Of a stretch of 64,000 nt of DNA, positions 47,027-60,500 are shown one piece after another. Under the pieces are notes generated by a model. That model was not told the origin of the DNA. It did no database searches and saw only the letters and a program-made list of their open reading frames with translations. The stretch's first letter is position 1, and each line of letters begins with the position of its first letter. This DNA comes from Epithemia pelagica (Eukaryota > Protista > Bacillariophyta), in NCBI GenBank assembly GCA_946965045.2, contig OX337233.1, positions 3,782,001 to 3,846,000 on the forward strand, written 5' to 3'. The position numbers and the translations under genes are program-made.

Positions 47027-50000
47027 TCAAAAGGAAGCTTCCTGAACAGCCTTGAGGGAACGTTCGTAAAAGTCCAAATGAGAAAACATTTCTTCGCCCG
47101 CGGCACGGGCCAAATGCTTGGGAATTCCCGAGCTGCCGCTCGTCTGAGAGGTACCACCTGTCGAGCCGCGTGGGGCCAAAGAGGCATGACGTCCTGCATG
47201 CGGATTGTGCGAATGGGAGCGACTCGGTGGTGGAGGAATATTCTTGTTGTGAGAAGGCATGGAGGATGATAGCAGGGAGGAGGATGCCAATCGATTGTGT
47301 GGTCGCACGGAATTGGATGTGCCTGGAACTGGATAGTCCATGGATGGTTGTGGAGACGTGGGAGTTTGCTTCTTTTTGGCCGCCATGCGGTCTCGGAAAC
47401 GCTGCTTCACGCCTTCAATCTTTTGCTGATCAATCGGTTGTGTACCGGTAGCGGAAGGCGCAGTGCCAGGAGGAACTTGATTGTGGGTTGTTTCGAGAGA
47501 TCGAGCCTGATGAGAAGTTTTTCCAAAGGCATCGTTGGCCGACGGACGAGATGGTGGTGGACGCTGGGCAACGGCACTGGCCGGAGTCGGCAAATTCTCA
47601 AACACAGCCTTGTGTTCGCGCTGCGAAATGGCGGTCGAGGCTTCCGATTGCAACTCGGCCAACTTGAGCTGGACACGTTCGAGTTCTTGCTGCGACTCTT
47701 GTCGAATCCAATCGGCTTCTTGTCGTGCCATGAGGGCTTCTCGTGCCGCAACCTCCGCCTTGAGTTCCGCCCGTTTGGCGCGACGGGCCCACATTTGGGC
47801 TTCGCGCTCTTCGTCGTGGTCCGTGTACAAGGACGACTCGTAAGTGACCACCGACGAGGCACCACAGACAGACGTATCATTCTCAATGCGGACCAAGAGT
47901 GCTTCATACTTGGCAATCAATTTTTCAATCCGATCACGAACAAGAGTAAACGCTTGCTCGGCGACCACCAGTTGCTTTGAAACGGTCTTGACCTTTTCCA
48001 TAGCCGACAGATATGCCATTTCCGATTCTGTCATGAAACCATTGTCCGCGTCTGCTTCTTCCTCCTTCATGAGTTCCTCTGCGACAAGTTGTTCTTTGGT
48101 AGCGATATTCAATGCTTTTCGGAGTTCGGCACAGCGTTCGTTCGTGAGCTTGAGCAAAATACTTTGGCAGTCACCAATGGTAAACATTTCGAAACCTCGC
48201 AAATTACGGGGTCCCAAGGACGGACATCGGTACAACATAAAGTCTGTGTCGTCAATCCACTTGACGGCCTCCCAAAAGTGCCGACTACTGTTGTGACCAC
48301 CACTGCTCAAGGTGCTGAATCCACTCACGACCGAACTTGCCGAGGAATGATGGCGGTGACTGTGATGAGGGTGCAACGGTCTCCGAATAAAATAGGTCCG
48401 TTCGGGTCGTCGGGTCAGCAAGGCCGTATTGACAACGTCTTTGGGACTGGCACCGTCACGCCACGCTTTGGCAACAATCACCGCGTCGCGAATTCGATGA
48501 GCCGTGCGATTGTAGGCCGTGAGAACCAGATCGTCCACAACCACAGTGCCTCCACGACGCTCTAATCCACGTTCCATATCCTTTTCCATAATTCGACTGC
48601 GCATTTCCAGTAAGGCGAATGCCTTGTTTTCATCCTCCAATCGTTCAAACTCTGTTAAATTGACCTTGCGGGTGATGCGGTCGGAAAGTTGTCGATAGAC
48701 GCGCAACAGCTTCTTCATATGATCCGGTTCCACATAGTATTTGGCTAAACGGCTACTGCGAGGCGACTGCACGACGCTCGTACCGTCACTGTATGGATCA
48801 ATCGAGTCCTCTTCCGAGCCCTCATCGTCGTCAACATCATCATCCTCTTCTTCATATCGGTCAATGTCCTCATGAGGATGCTGATAGTGATGCTGTCGGT
48901 AGGATTTTTCATTGTTTCCTCGTGAATGATGACGATGGGCAAGAGAATGGTGATTGTTATTGTCGTCTTCGTCGTCGTTGGAAGGAGCAAAGTGATGACT
49001 GGGAATCGAAGAGGACCCTTTGGAATCCACCAAGACAGCCGCGTCACTACCACGTTTCCCCGCATTCATCATCTCGGCCACACTTGGTGTTCGCGTAAAT
49101 CCATTGGATTCCACTTCACTGGTACTTAGAGCTTCGTCATAATCACTCGGCGTTTGTCGACTCACATAGCCCATGGCGGAAGATTGAATGGCCGTTAAAC
49201 CACCACCCAATAGCACCATCTTGTATTGATCTTGATCACTGTGTAGGGACGTAAAATTGCCTCCCTCCTCGTCCATGTCATCTTGGTGGGGTTCTTCGTC
49301 ATTGCTCCTGGATTCCTTGGTGGCAACCGGTGAGAGGAGTGCAGCATCTTCTTGTTCTTCCGCAATGGCTTCCGGATAGTGTGCCTTCTTGATACGACTG
49401 TTGCTTCGAACAAATTTGTGAGGTTGCTGCAAGAGATGGGTTGCCGGATTATTGGCATTGCTCCCCTGCGGATTGGTCGTAGCGTTTCCGTTGGGACCGG
49501 AGGACGCCGCGTTGGTAGTATTGGGTTCCTCCATCAGAGTCATGGGATTGGTAGCAATGCCATCAAACACATCGCTTTCGGCATGAGTCTGTCTCGATGT
49601 GTGCGAGGAGTTTCCTCGCGACGAATTGTCCGAATCGTTCAAATCCATGAGGGCGGGAAAATCTTGCGTCTTGTCCAACAAGCCGCGAAATCCCTTGCTG
49701 CCAGCGGAATAGGTACGATGCGGAGGTGCCCAATGATTGTTGGCGGCCAGCGATTCCGCCGTGATGGAAGGCACATTGGAATGACCTTGTGGTTCTTGTG
49801 AATAATGTTGTTGCGGATAGTGCTGTTGTTGAGAGCGCAACACCGATGCCGCTGCTGCTTCGGACATGGATCGACCTTGGCTAGCACCACCACCTCCATA
49901 GGGATTAAAGGACGACGACAATCCTGTTGCGGAGGTGGACGCCATGTGGGGCAAAAAGGGTGGCCCTCCGGCAGCATTGGAAGGATGAGGATGAAAGTCG

Positions 50001-52594
50001 GGATAGGCCAAGGGATTGACATCGCGTTCCGTGAAATAGGCCGACGATGTCTTGGAAAAGGCCGTGGACGGAGACGATGGCAAATCATCTTCCAAATATC
50101 CACCTCCCGGCTGTTGTGGTTTGCCCCAATGACGTCCATTGGCCAAGGTCATGGTTCGAGAAGGCAGGGGTGCAGCCTTGAAATTGTGATTGTGATCACG
50201 ATGGTGCTCCATATCTTGCTCTTGTTGTTGTTCGTGACCAAAGTCCATTTCGTCCTTCTTGTTGTTGTCGGCATGTAAATAGTGTTGTTGTTGCTGTTGT
50301 TGTCGACTACTGCGCAATCGGCGCCGCAAGAGAGCACCACCAGCACTTCGAGTCGGCACCCGATCGGGGTCATTGTCATTGTCGTCGTCTGGTGGTTGGT
50401 GGTCGAGGGATTCACGTTCGCACCGAGCACTGGACAAGGATTGACGCAACCGTCGAGCCGGCGAAGAAGCATTCGAGCTCATACGAGCCATGCCGTCGTC
50501 GTCGTCCGTGTGGGTCGTTTCCGGGTACCCCACAGCCGACCGAGGAGCTTGGGGCGATGGTGTCACGACTGCATGATGAGGATGATGAGGATGAGGATGG
50601 TGGTGATGGGTCGTTGCCGTTTGCTGGGGCGTACTGGTACTGGGAACACTTCTACTCGTCATTGTGGGAGCACCGGGTGCCGACGATAACGTTTCTTCTT
50701 CGGATTGCAAGGCTACCAACTTGCCTCGTCGATCTTGTGTGCCAGGCCATCCCACGTAGGCACTGCTCCCACTCGTACTGGACGCGGTACGACCCACCGG
50801 TTCGACGGGTTCGTCGTCGTCATCATCATGAGTATAGTGGTGGTCGTCGTCGTCCTGATCATGTTTGTGGTCCTGTACCTCCTGTTTCGTGGCGTCATGA
50901 TCGTAGGAGTCGTCGTCGTCGTCGTCTTCTTCTTTTCGCTTGGAACGGTCCTCCGGCTGGTTGGAGTCCTTCCATGCTTGTGCTTCCTCTACTTGTCGTG
51001 CTTTTTCATTCTTCTTATGATTCTCGTCCTCTGGATTCGTCGTTGGGACTGTACTAGGCGTGATGTTGTAGTGGGACCGTCGTCGCGGGAGTCGATTGTA
51101 GGGACTCGTGGCTGGACTAATGGGTCGTTGGGGTCGTGGCGGAGAGGAGGGTTTGCCCGATCCGGCAAAGAGTGAGGCCAATCGTGACACTCGCGAGGAC
51201 GACGACAAGGACGATCGAGTCGGTGTGGTGGAACGTCGTACGGGTTGTGCCTGTTGTGGAGGTTGTGGAGAAACAATGTCGGGATGCTCTTGCGGTGGCA
51301 GTTCCAAAGTGTCCTGGTCCTCGGTCTCGTTGTGTTCCAAAGGACGAGCAGCAGGGTCCCATTCGGATTGTTGTGGTTGTTGCTCGTCATCTTCTTCCTC
51401 CATGTCGACTTGGTGTGCCAAGGGACGGTGATGATAATGTTGTTGTTTGGAGGCGAGGGGTGATTTGGGTCGATGGTGGCGTGACAAGAGAGATCGTGGC
51501 GATTTGGGACGATGATTGGTGTTGCTGGGCGATTTGGGTCGTTTCAAAAAAGCCATGGGTGATTTGGGACGTGGCGATTTGGGACGATTCTCCGAATGTG
51601 AAGGCGATCGTTTCAAGGAGGCCACAGCCGATTGCAACAAGGAGGAAGTCGTCGTTGTCGTAGTAGTTCCACCCGGACCCAAAATGACACTGGCACTGCC
51701 CGAGGCATGAGGAGGATTGGGAGTGCTATTATGGTTGGCAAGTGATTTCCGACCACTCTGTTGTTGTTGTTGTTGTTTGCGCAATTGCTTGTATTGTCGT
51801 GCCCGATGGGCCATGCTGGTGGATGCGACCGACACGACGGACCGAGGGCGTGATACGGCATGAGACTGGGGCGAGTGGGGTGGTGATGGCTGCTCCTCTT
51901 CTTGCATCAGACCATCTTCCTTTTTCTCTTCCCTCCATTGCGGTTCTGCATCCTTGTCATCGTCTTGATCCCACGAGGCACCGGGAGAAGAGGAGGATAG
52001 GGCGGGCAAGAATTGAACGGCGCCTTGTTCCGGTGACAATTCCTTGTCATTGTGTTGTTGTTGCGGAGTATCCTCAAAGTGCGACACGTGGTGTCCTCGG
52101 TGTCGCTGCGCTTGCAATCGTCTGGGTCCTCGTTCATCGTCGTCGTCCTCGTCTTCTTCTTGTGGTGGTTTGGCAAAGGGATCCGAGGGTCTTCGGCGTC
52201 GCAGGGAATGACTGGCGGCCAAACGAGAATGAGGTTTCAACAAAGAAGAAGAATTGGAGTGCTGGCGTGGTTCGGTCGGTGAAGTGGGAGGCGACGACGA
52301 CGAAAAGGCCAGAGCCGAAACATGGGGATCGCCTTGTTCCATCCATCTTGTTGTTGTTGCTGCTTCTTGTGGTTGTGGCTGTTGTTGTGGTTGTCGCAAA
52401 TCGACATCCAAATCCACCAAGTTGCGTCCTCGTCGTTCGAGTGGATAGTGTTCAGGTTCTTGTTCTTCTTCCTGGTCCGGCCAGGCTGTAAAGTCCTCCG
52501 GAGGAACATGATGCGATTGTGATTGTGATTGTTGCTGTTGCGAATGCCGTCGTTGATGATATTGGGCGGCCGCTGCCAACAATCGACGAGACAT
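47027..52594 (-). CDS. 1855-aa largely disordered protein with a folded domain plus coiled coil in the C-terminal third
   Basis: Uninterrupted 5.6-kb ORF; complex-sequence block YYVEPDHMKKLL...FEMFTIGDCQSILLKL followed by heptad-rich helices. No family recognised. Confidence 0.85.
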   Translation of the reverse strand: MSRRLLAAAAQYHQRRHSQQQQSQSQSHHVPPEDFTAWPDQEEEQEPEHYPLERRGRNLVDLDVDLRQPQQQPQPQEAATTTRWMEQGDPHVSALAFSSSSPPTSPTEPRQHSNSSSLLKPHSRLAASHSLRRRRPSDPFAKPPQEEDEDDDDERGPRRLQAQRHRGHHVSHFEDTPQQQHNDKELSPEQGAVQFLPALSSSSPGASWDQDDDKDAEPQWREEKKEDGLMQEEEQPSPPHSPQSHAVSRPRSVVSVASTSMAHRARQYKQLRKQQQQQQSGRKSLANHNSTPNPPHASGSASVILGPGGTTTTTTTSSLLQSAVASLKRSPSHSENRPKSPRPKSPMAFLKRPKSPSNTNHRPKSPRSLLSRHHRPKSPLASKQQHYHHRPLAHQVDMEEEDDEQQPQQSEWDPAARPLEHNETEDQDTLELPPQEHPDIVSPQPPQQAQPVRRSTTPTRSSLSSSSRVSRLASLFAGSGKPSSPPRPQRPISPATSPYNRLPRRRSHYNITPSTVPTTNPEDENHKKNEKARQVEEAQAWKDSNQPEDRSKRKEEDDDDDDSYDHDATKQEVQDHKHDQDDDDHHYTHDDDDDEPVEPVGRTASSTSGSSAYVGWPGTQDRRGKLVALQSEEETLSSAPGAPTMTSRSVPSTSTPQQTATTHHHHPHPHHPHHAVVTPSPQAPRSAVGYPETTHTDDDDGMARMSSNASSPARRLRQSLSSARCERESLDHQPPDDDNDNDPDRVPTRSAGGALLRRRLRSSRQQQQQQHYLHADNNKKDEMDFGHEQQQEQDMEHHRDHNHNFKAAPLPSRTMTLANGRHWGKPQQPGGGYLEDDLPSSPSTAFSKTSSAYFTERDVNPLAYPDFHPHPSNAAGGPPFLPHMASTSATGLSSSFNPYGGGGASQGRSMSEAAAASVLRSQQQHYPQQHYSQEPQGHSNVPSITAESLAANNHWAPPHRTYSAGSKGFRGLLDKTQDFPALMDLNDSDNSSRGNSSHTSRQTHAESDVFDGIATNPMTLMEEPNTTNAASSGPNGNATTNPQGSNANNPATHLLQQPHKFVRSNSRIKKAHYPEAIAEEQEDAALLSPVATKESRSNDEEPHQDDMDEEGGNFTSLHSDQDQYKMVLLGGGLTAIQSSAMGYVSRQTPSDYDEALSTSEVESNGFTRTPSVAEMMNAGKRGSDAAVLVDSKGSSSIPSHHFAPSNDDEDDNNNHHSLAHRHHSRGNNEKSYRQHHYQHPHEDIDRYEEEDDDVDDDEGSEEDSIDPYSDGTSVVQSPRSSRLAKYYVEPDHMKKLLRVYRQLSDRITRKVNLTEFERLEDENKAFALLEMRSRIMEKDMERGLERRGGTVVVDDLVLTAYNRTAHRIRDAVIVAKAWRDGASPKDVVNTALLTRRPERTYFIRRPLHPHHSHRHHSSASSVVSGFSTLSSGGHNSSRHFWEAVKWIDDTDFMLYRCPSLGPRNLRGFEMFTIGDCQSILLKLTNERCAELRKALNIATKEQLVAEELMKEEEADADNGFMTESEMAYLSAMEKVKTVSKQLVVAEQAFTLVRDRIEKLIAKYEALLVRIENDTSVCGASSVVTYESSLYTDHDEEREAQMWARRAKRAELKAEVAAREALMARQEADWIRQESQQELERVQLKLAELQSEASTAISQREHKAVFENLPTPASAVAQRPPPSRPSANDAFGKTSHQARSLETTHNQVPPGTAPSATGTQPIDQQKIEGVKQRFRDRMAAKKKQTPTSPQPSMDYPVPGTSNSVRPHNRLASSSLLSSSMPSHNKNIPPPPSRSHSHNPHAGRHASLAPRGSTGGTSQTSGSSGIPKHLARAAGEEMFSHLDFYERSLKAVQEASF

Positions 52595-53852
52595 GATGAC
52601 AATCCAAAAAGAAGAAGACGAGAGTGCAACTTAGGAACGACGATTGGATGAATCCAGTACGACCACAACTGGCCAAGAGAAGCACGGTTGGCTTGTGGTG
52701 TGTTGTTGTTGTTGTGTGGTGGTGGTGGTGGTGGTGGTGGTGGTGATGGTCTATGGTGGTTCCCTCACGCTCGTCCGTCCGTTTGGGATTCTTCTTGTGT
52801 GCCGTTGTGTTGAGCAACTGGCGGTCCGCCACGTTTTCTGTTGTGCAGCAGCACAAGAAGGCTTTGGGTGGTGGAAACAGTGTTGGTGTGTGGTGCACTG
52901 GATTGTGCAACGGCAGCCCCAACTCACACTACTAGGTAGGGACAACGACTGCGGCTGTGTGGCAAGGTCCAAAATGACCCACCGCCACGCGTGAAAGAAA
53001 AGAGGAGCCGTTGGAGAGACAATGCGCTTGGTGTATCACGCAAACAGTCGGAGAATTACTCGCACTCTCTCGATAACTCTTGTCCAATTACACGAACGGA
53101 TCTGGTTCGTGTAGAAAGAGAGAGAGAGCAGCAGCAGTACAACGAAAATAGAAGCAAGGACCACAGAAAACGGTCGTTGATGTAGTTCGGCTTGGATGGA
53201 GACTTGGATGCAGGGACGACTCCTCTCTCTCTCGAGCTCGAGAGTATGTGTTCTGTGAGTACGCGCACTCCTCTGCGGCTGCGCGACCGTATATCCTTAC
53301 AAAATAGTTGAGTCTTGTGTGGGAATCGAGAGTCCTACGCCTGGACGGGAACGATCGATTCCGTTTCTGTTATAATTAAAATATTCTTTGAATCCACGCG
53401 CTGGAAAGTACCGAAACGTGTCTGCAGGATCGGCACGACATGCGTTGCGATTCGTGCCGTCGCAACGCTTTGGATTGGGACAGAATGGCTGGCGTTTGTA
53501 CACTCGGGACTCCGCACCATGGGTGGTGCGCCACAGCAATACACGCGCGTAAACCTCTCGGTCGTTTGCAGCCAAAACCGCGAGCGAAAAAGGATAACAG
53601 ACAGACGATCATAGCCCAGTTCCTTAATGGATATACTATCTACTATCCTGACTTGGGACTGGACCATCCGGTAGACTAGCTAGAGCTAGCTAGGTGTTCG
53701 CCATCTTTTGAGTCGCTTTTTGGTCTTTAAGTCAAATAATCTTTTCGTCGCTGTCGGCAGCAGTGGCATGGAGGAATGGAGAACAAGTTTCGTCGGCGTC
53801 GTCGTCATCGTCATCGTCTTCTGCTGGTGCTACTTTCTTGACAGGTCGCTTA

Positions 53853-56800
53853 ATGAAAGGCCCTTCATCGCGTCGTCGACGTCGGCCGTGGTACTCCAAA
53901 GGGTATGCTCGCTATGGATGTTGCCTTGGTGGTTCGGTCGTCTTGTACTTTGTAGTCACCACCACGTGGTTGCACTGGTCCATTTCCTTTCAACAACAAC
54001 AGCACAAGCAGCACCCTCCTTCCTTGTCCGCACCAATCAAACATCCGCATGAGCGCCACAAGAGACCATTGCCGAAGGACAATTACCACCAAAAGGAGGC
54101 ACCTTCTCGCTTCGAACCCACACAACTATCGAACAAGACGCCGTTTCAATCCAAACAAGAGAATGCTGCAATAGTAGACAAGGCCGAGACGGTAGCAAAA
54201 GATGATCCGAGGCCGCACATCTTGCCCGAATCAGGTTTGGAACCATTTGCTTCTCAACTCTTGGTGGATTTTGGAGGTTCCTTCTTGTCGGAATCGGAAT
54301 GGGAGTGGGTCTTCCAATCCACAAGTCGCAATTTGCGCTTGCAATCGCCCGAATCCTCCTCGTGGCGTCGCTCCTTGACGGCCTATTTGGAAGCGCCCTT
54401 TACGCATTATGTAGCGGGCAAGGTTGGATCACGAGGCAATTTGTCTCATGTCGATACGGCCAAGGATCAGGATTTGGGCGAGCCGCCGGAATTTGTCAAG
54501 CCCTTGCCCTTACGAACGCAAACACCACAAGACTTGGAGCGACACGTTTATCCTCGGATTCAAACCTGTCACGATGTACCGGGTGGATTTCCGACCGACG
54601 CAGGGTTGCAATGGAATGTCCAACTCCAACGCATGGTTCCGGTCCAGTCCAATGTGTATGGACCCAAAGAGCCGCTGTCACCGACTTGGTTGGAAGATTC
54701 GCTACCCTATTGTCCCGTCGATCGGGATCCCTTTTTGCCCTGGATTCACGATGTCTTTCCCAATGACCAGGGGACTGTCATTCATGTCTTGGCACAAAAC
54801 AAGCGAAAATGTCGGACTGGCATTCAGGATTCCGAGGTGGTGAACCGTCTCACACCCCAAGTGGCCTTGATGCAAGCCGTATCGGTCGAACGCATTTCTC
54901 AATCCTTGGCACAGCAGCTGGCACCGTCGCTCTGGAACAAGAACTCCGACACTGGCAGCAACAACAATAATACTTTAGCTACGATCGAACCTCCTCGCTA
55001 TCGTTTGATTGGTCGCGACCAGGTTCGAGTGGGGGAGAATCATACACGATTTGTGTGTCGATTCACCATGCGCCATGCCACGAATTTGTCTCGTACCTGG
55101 CTGGTGGGGGAGACTCTCTCTACCTATGCCTTTGATTACGAATATGCCGCCTATCGCAAAAATCCCCTGGGTCCCTATTACTTGCTGACCCCCAAGGGGA
55201 AGGATACCAAACTCTTTTGGACCTCCCATATCCAATTCCAATGCCCCGTGCCGAATAGTACCGCCTTGCAATCACGAATCGCTCAAGGACGACACGTCTT
55301 GCAGCAGCAGCAACAACAAGAGGCATCTGAAGCAACCCTGGATGCGGCAACCACCACCACTGCCAATAGTACTTCCTTGCCCTGGTGGCATGGGATTCCC
55401 CTCTTGTATGTCGATGTGATTCCGATTCGTACCACGGTTCGCTATCGCCAACATTATTTGGATCCCTCGTGGATTGGTCCTTCCGACTCGGCATCGACGC
55501 GGTCCATGAATCCCACGCTGGAATGGGGATCGCAGGGTCATGTCGTACCGCAGGTCGAGGCCAGTGGACGATGGACGAATATACCAATCTGTTTGCCACC
55601 GCACTTGCCCAGTCTAGAACGTCCGAGGAAACCTCCTTTGGGAACAACGACAATGACAACGACTACCACCCAAACGACGGGTGGTGAACCATCGGACAAG
55701 ACCATTACCGACGATGATGCTCCACTCCTCGCGGAACCACCACCAACGCCGAAACGTGACCTCGTTCGAACCTCCACCCAAGAGCAACCATTGTCCAATT
55801 CACACATAAGCAAAATTGTCCCTCGTACCAACAAGAAATATTTCTTGTCGGCCTGTTTGTGGGCGTCGGCCGAATTTGAAACACGTGGATTGCGACAGGC
55901 CAGTCAAGGGGGTGGGATTGGGGGAAGAGCCACCACGGATACCGCGGTACGATTAATCGAATGGCTGGAATTTCATTTGTTGGTGGGTGTGGAGCACTTT
56001 TTTATTTACGACAATACCGGTGCCCATACCAATGCCACCTCCTTGTATCCGCTCTTGTTCCCTGCCTTTGCACATGTCGTGACCTATGTGGAATGGCCCA
56101 GTCAAGTCTGCAACAACAATATTCCCGCAGCCGACTCCACGGGGGAACGATCGACCCAATATGCGGCGGAAAATTCTTGTCGGACACGGTACGCACCACA
56201 AACCGAATGGCTCATTTCCTTTGACACGGATGAATACATTGTACCCATGGGACATCACCGCAGTCTTCATACCATGTTGCAACAAGCGCATGATGAAACG
56301 GATATGCGAATCTTGTCCTTGCGGTCATCCCGAGGCCATTTGCGTGTGGATCAATCCTTTGCGGTTGGTTCGGGGCGCAAACGATTTCCCAATACCACAT
56401 TTTTGCAAGCCTACAATTGCGATTCGGCGGGCAGTCCCAAACCAGAATGGGCCGAACGAGCTCGGAAACAAGTGTATCAAGCCGACTATGTCTTGTATCA
56501 TTTTGTCCATTATTCCACCGTTACACAAGGTTATATGGATCGCTACATTGATTCACCTACCTCGTATCGAGTTCATTTTCGAGATCATGCTCCAACGGAA
56601 CGAACGGCCAATGAGTTTACCGAAGCGGTTTTGGTTCATACCAAGACTGTCAAGTACGATCAAAGTACGTTCCTTGTGTGTCTTTTGTTCTGTCTCGTTT
56701 CGTGTATCGGTTGTGTGCATGTGGTTTGTGCGTATTGTCATTTTGGTGTCGTGAGAGAGCAACTGTGGCCATTGGTTGCCTTGCATTGCTCGATCAGAAA

Positions 56801-57207
56801 TGAGAGTGCGATGGAACTCTATCTGGAAATGTCTTGTCACTAATTTGCTTCTCTGTTTCCTCGTCTCATCTATACGATATTGTTGACGCTTCATGCTCCT
56901 TGGACGAACCTTTTTTTTCCATTTCGCAATCGACCATCCAGCTAAAAACTACATGACACGCTGTATGTACAACTGGACCAAGAAATGGCAAGGCTGTTTG
57001 GTTGGCTTTCCTTGGCCAGCGAATGCTACCAACAAGGACAAACACAGGCAGACCTATGATCCCCAAACGGGCATGGATTACAACTGCTACGTCAATGAGA
57101 AGCTTGAAACCCTTTGGATTCCCAAATTGAAACAAGCCTTGCGTGAACGACATGAAGCCTTTCCACAATTGACGACGCAAGTCCGCCAAGTCGGCCGTGG
57201 TCAATAA
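53853..57207 (+). CDS. Type II membrane glycosyltransferase with GT92/DUF23-like domain (~1025 aa)
   Basis: Exon 53853-56664, intron 56665-56941, exon 56942-57207; LSACL, RLIEWLEFHLLVGVEHFFIYDN, QYAAENSC, WLISFDTDEY (DxD). Start uncertain because the frame is open from 53763. Confidence 0.8.
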
Positions 57208-57529
57208 CAGCGTGATCCAATATAAAGTCTTTGGTTTTGATCCATTCATTCCGGTACCAGCGATATCGGCACATCATCACCAGTCTCAACCAACGCCAGA
57301 CACTGCTGGCTTTGAAGGTGGCGGTACAGTCTACAGTCTCCTCGTGGTGGAGTCCATGAAGCGTAGCCATATATAAAAAGCACACCATTGGACCAAGAAA
57401 GTTACTTAGAGTAAAGACACACAAAGCTAATACATGTTTCTCTCATCTCCATGACCCGTCGCTGTAAGTTTCTGGGGGACATGGCAGTCTGAATTCCACA
57501 GCAACACTAACAATTCACAAGCCTATTGC

Positions 57530-60500
57530 TTAGTCCAATTTCTTGCCCTCATCGGAGAGAGGATCAATCGCAGATTCGCGATCCAACAGATAGAAAATTC
57601 GACCGGCGCTAGTTTTCACTTCGCCACTGTCCGAAACATCTTGGAAAGCAGTGCCCAATCCAAAGAGAGCAAAGAGGACCGCAAAGTTGGCAATAAGGAA
57701 ATCATTGAACCCATAGTCATCAGGGAAGGTAAACAAGAGCCAACCTCCGAACCACAGTTGAAGTCCGTTAATCCACTGCTGGATGAACTGAGATAGACCA
57801 CTAGTCACTCCACCCGTGAAAGATTCCATTACGTGGTTAGGTTCGGAGGTCGTCAAGGCTCTTTCATAGTCTGCAAATCGTTGTTCCTCCAGGTTCAGTG
57901 CGGAGACAGTTCTCATGTTCAAGAGTGTTTCGACGAGGACGCCACCAGGGCTGTTCAATTCGTCGGCAGAATCTACGCCGTCATCAGATCCTAGCATTTG
58001 TTTCATCTCGATGGATGTGGCGAACCCCATTAAAGGAACACATCCAATTGCGAGCAAAGCGAACGGCCACATGAACTAGAGCAAAAGACAATCACGGTCA
58101 GATACATCCACACATCAAACCGACTTCGTAGTTTCTAGTGGCACGTACGATAAAGGAAAGCGTTACACCCGTGACCACCGAAGCACAAGCAACAACAAAG
58201 GCTCTCACTGGTTCTCCCGAAAAGGCATGGAGACGTGCTGCATCATCTTGTAACTGTGAAGTGAGACTTCCCACACTGTGTTTGTCTTCACAAAGTATGT
58301 TCCACCGTGAGTTTACATGGACCAAAGCGATGGCGATGGAATCAAGGTGAAAAAACTTACCAAAGAATGTAACTTCTTGACGTAGCAGAGATGTAAACGT
58401 ATCATCCCTAACTCTCTTATTCAGACGTTCACTGGCCATTCCGAAGCCCCAAAACGTCAGAATGTTTCCAACAATGCATATAACAAACAAAGCTCCCCAA
58501 AAAATGGCAACCAGGAACGACCGCTCACGCATGTCGTCGGCAGTGTCCTGCCAATAATCTTCACAAGTCGCAAAATTGTCAGGAACACTGCCTTCTTCAC
58601 ATCGTTCAACGCGTACAAACAGTAAATCAATCGTTTCAGAGAAAATGACACCCCACAACGGGAACACCCCACCTGCCATGACGGCGCCAACAATCCCAAC
58701 AAGCATGTAACTGGTGTCGGGACTAGCAAGGTTTCGAGCACGTTTCATGTTGAACGCTTCTTCCTGTTGAGTCTTTTCTTCTGCCTCCCAATCGTGCTTA
58801 CTATCTTCCCCTTCCTCTGTCACTGTGGATACTTGACTCTTCCGTAAACCCTTTGTATCAACGGTTGTACGACGCTTCGAAGATTCGGTGAGTCGACGGT
58901 ATTGTCCATCATCTTTTTCCATCAATTCGTCATGAGCACCAAATTCGACCAGTCTTCCGTCTGCAATCACAGCGATCTTGTCAGCACCGCGGATAGTGGA
59001 CAGTCGATGCGCAATCATAAGAACCGTGTGTTCGCGTGACAGTACCAGCTTATCAATAGCAGCTTGAACAATTGCCTCTGACTCGTTGTCCTGAACGACC
59101 AGTGAAGCATCGAATGATTAAATGTAAGACAGCCGTGGAAAATTGCGACATCTTCGAACAAGACGTACCAATGCTGAGGTGGCTTCGTCAAGAAGCAAGA
59201 CCTTGGGCTTTCGGACCAAAGCGCGGGCTGTGGATAGCGAAATGAGTTCATGTAAACTTTTTCAAGCACAACTGAACGACGATATCCTACTCTTACCGAT
59301 TGCAATCCGTTGCTTTTGTCCTCCACTGAGAGCAGTTTTCTCCCCAAGCTGAGTATCTGAAAGAGCGACCGTCGTAAGAGATGAAAGAAACAATCACAGC
59401 TGAGCCATCACAAACCACATACCATATCCATCAGAAAATTCCATCACGAAATCATGAGCATTTGCCTCTCGACAAGCATTCTCAATTTCTTCTCGAGTGA
59501 CTCCCTCTGTTCCGTAAGCAACGTTGGCAGCAATTGTGTCATTGAAGAGAGTCGGTTCTTGACCAACGTAACCAATCTGACTGCGGTACCAAGCAACATT
59601 AAGGCTCTTCAGGTCGTGTCCCAGGTATTCGACACTACCTTCATTCGGATCGTAAAATCTCTCCAAAAGTCCAACCTTCAAACAGTAAAGAAAATATTGC
59701 AAGATTAGACACAAAAAATGCTCCGACGTGACAAAAATCCGCAGGGATGCTTACGGTCGTGCTTTTGCCTCCTCCGCTGGGTCCAACAAGGGCGATTGTG
59801 GCACCTTGTGGGATAACCAAATTGAACTTGCTGAGAATGATCTTGTTTGCACGGGTCGGATAGGAGAAGGTGACGTTGCGAAAGGCAATGTGAGGAACAG
59901 ACCCGGTTACTTTCTCCTCATCACCCATTCGAAGTACCACGGAGTCCATTTTGGACAGGTTTGATGAGCTTGGATTGCGAGACGGTGGATTAGAGGGCGC
60001 GTTTGAATCATCATCCTTGCCTTCTTGCTTATCAACAAGACGTCGATAGTAGCTTTCCGTGGCCATGAGTTCATCATGACTCCCGTTCTCAACAACTTTG
60101 CCTGCGACGATTACATTGATAACATCGGCATTGCGTATAGTAGAAAGCCGATGTGCTATGACAATAGTTGTGATCTTCTTTTGCTCCAAGATATTGTTGA
60201 GTGCGTCCTGAACAACAAGCTCAGATTCCGCGTCCAAAGCACTTCGAGAATAATAGTTAGCAACAATTCTCGCATGTTGTCATAAAATTGGTGGAAACCT
60301 TACCTCGTTGCCTCATCAAGTAAAAGCATTTTCGGGTTCCCCACAAGTACTCGGGCAATAGCAATTCGCTGCTTTTGTCCTCCTGCAAAAATGAACGTTC
60401 AATATGAGACAATTTCTAGTGTGCAGTGAAGGCATGAACAGAAAAATAGTCAGGCACCACAACTTACCGGAAAGTTGACTTCCTTTGTCGCCGACCTGTG

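Noticed and set aside
57208-57529. A missing C-terminal NBD exon for the ABC transporter
   Set aside because: Only ~320 bp lie before the convergent GT92 stop, there are no Walker motifs, and the last exon ends in a clean TAA.
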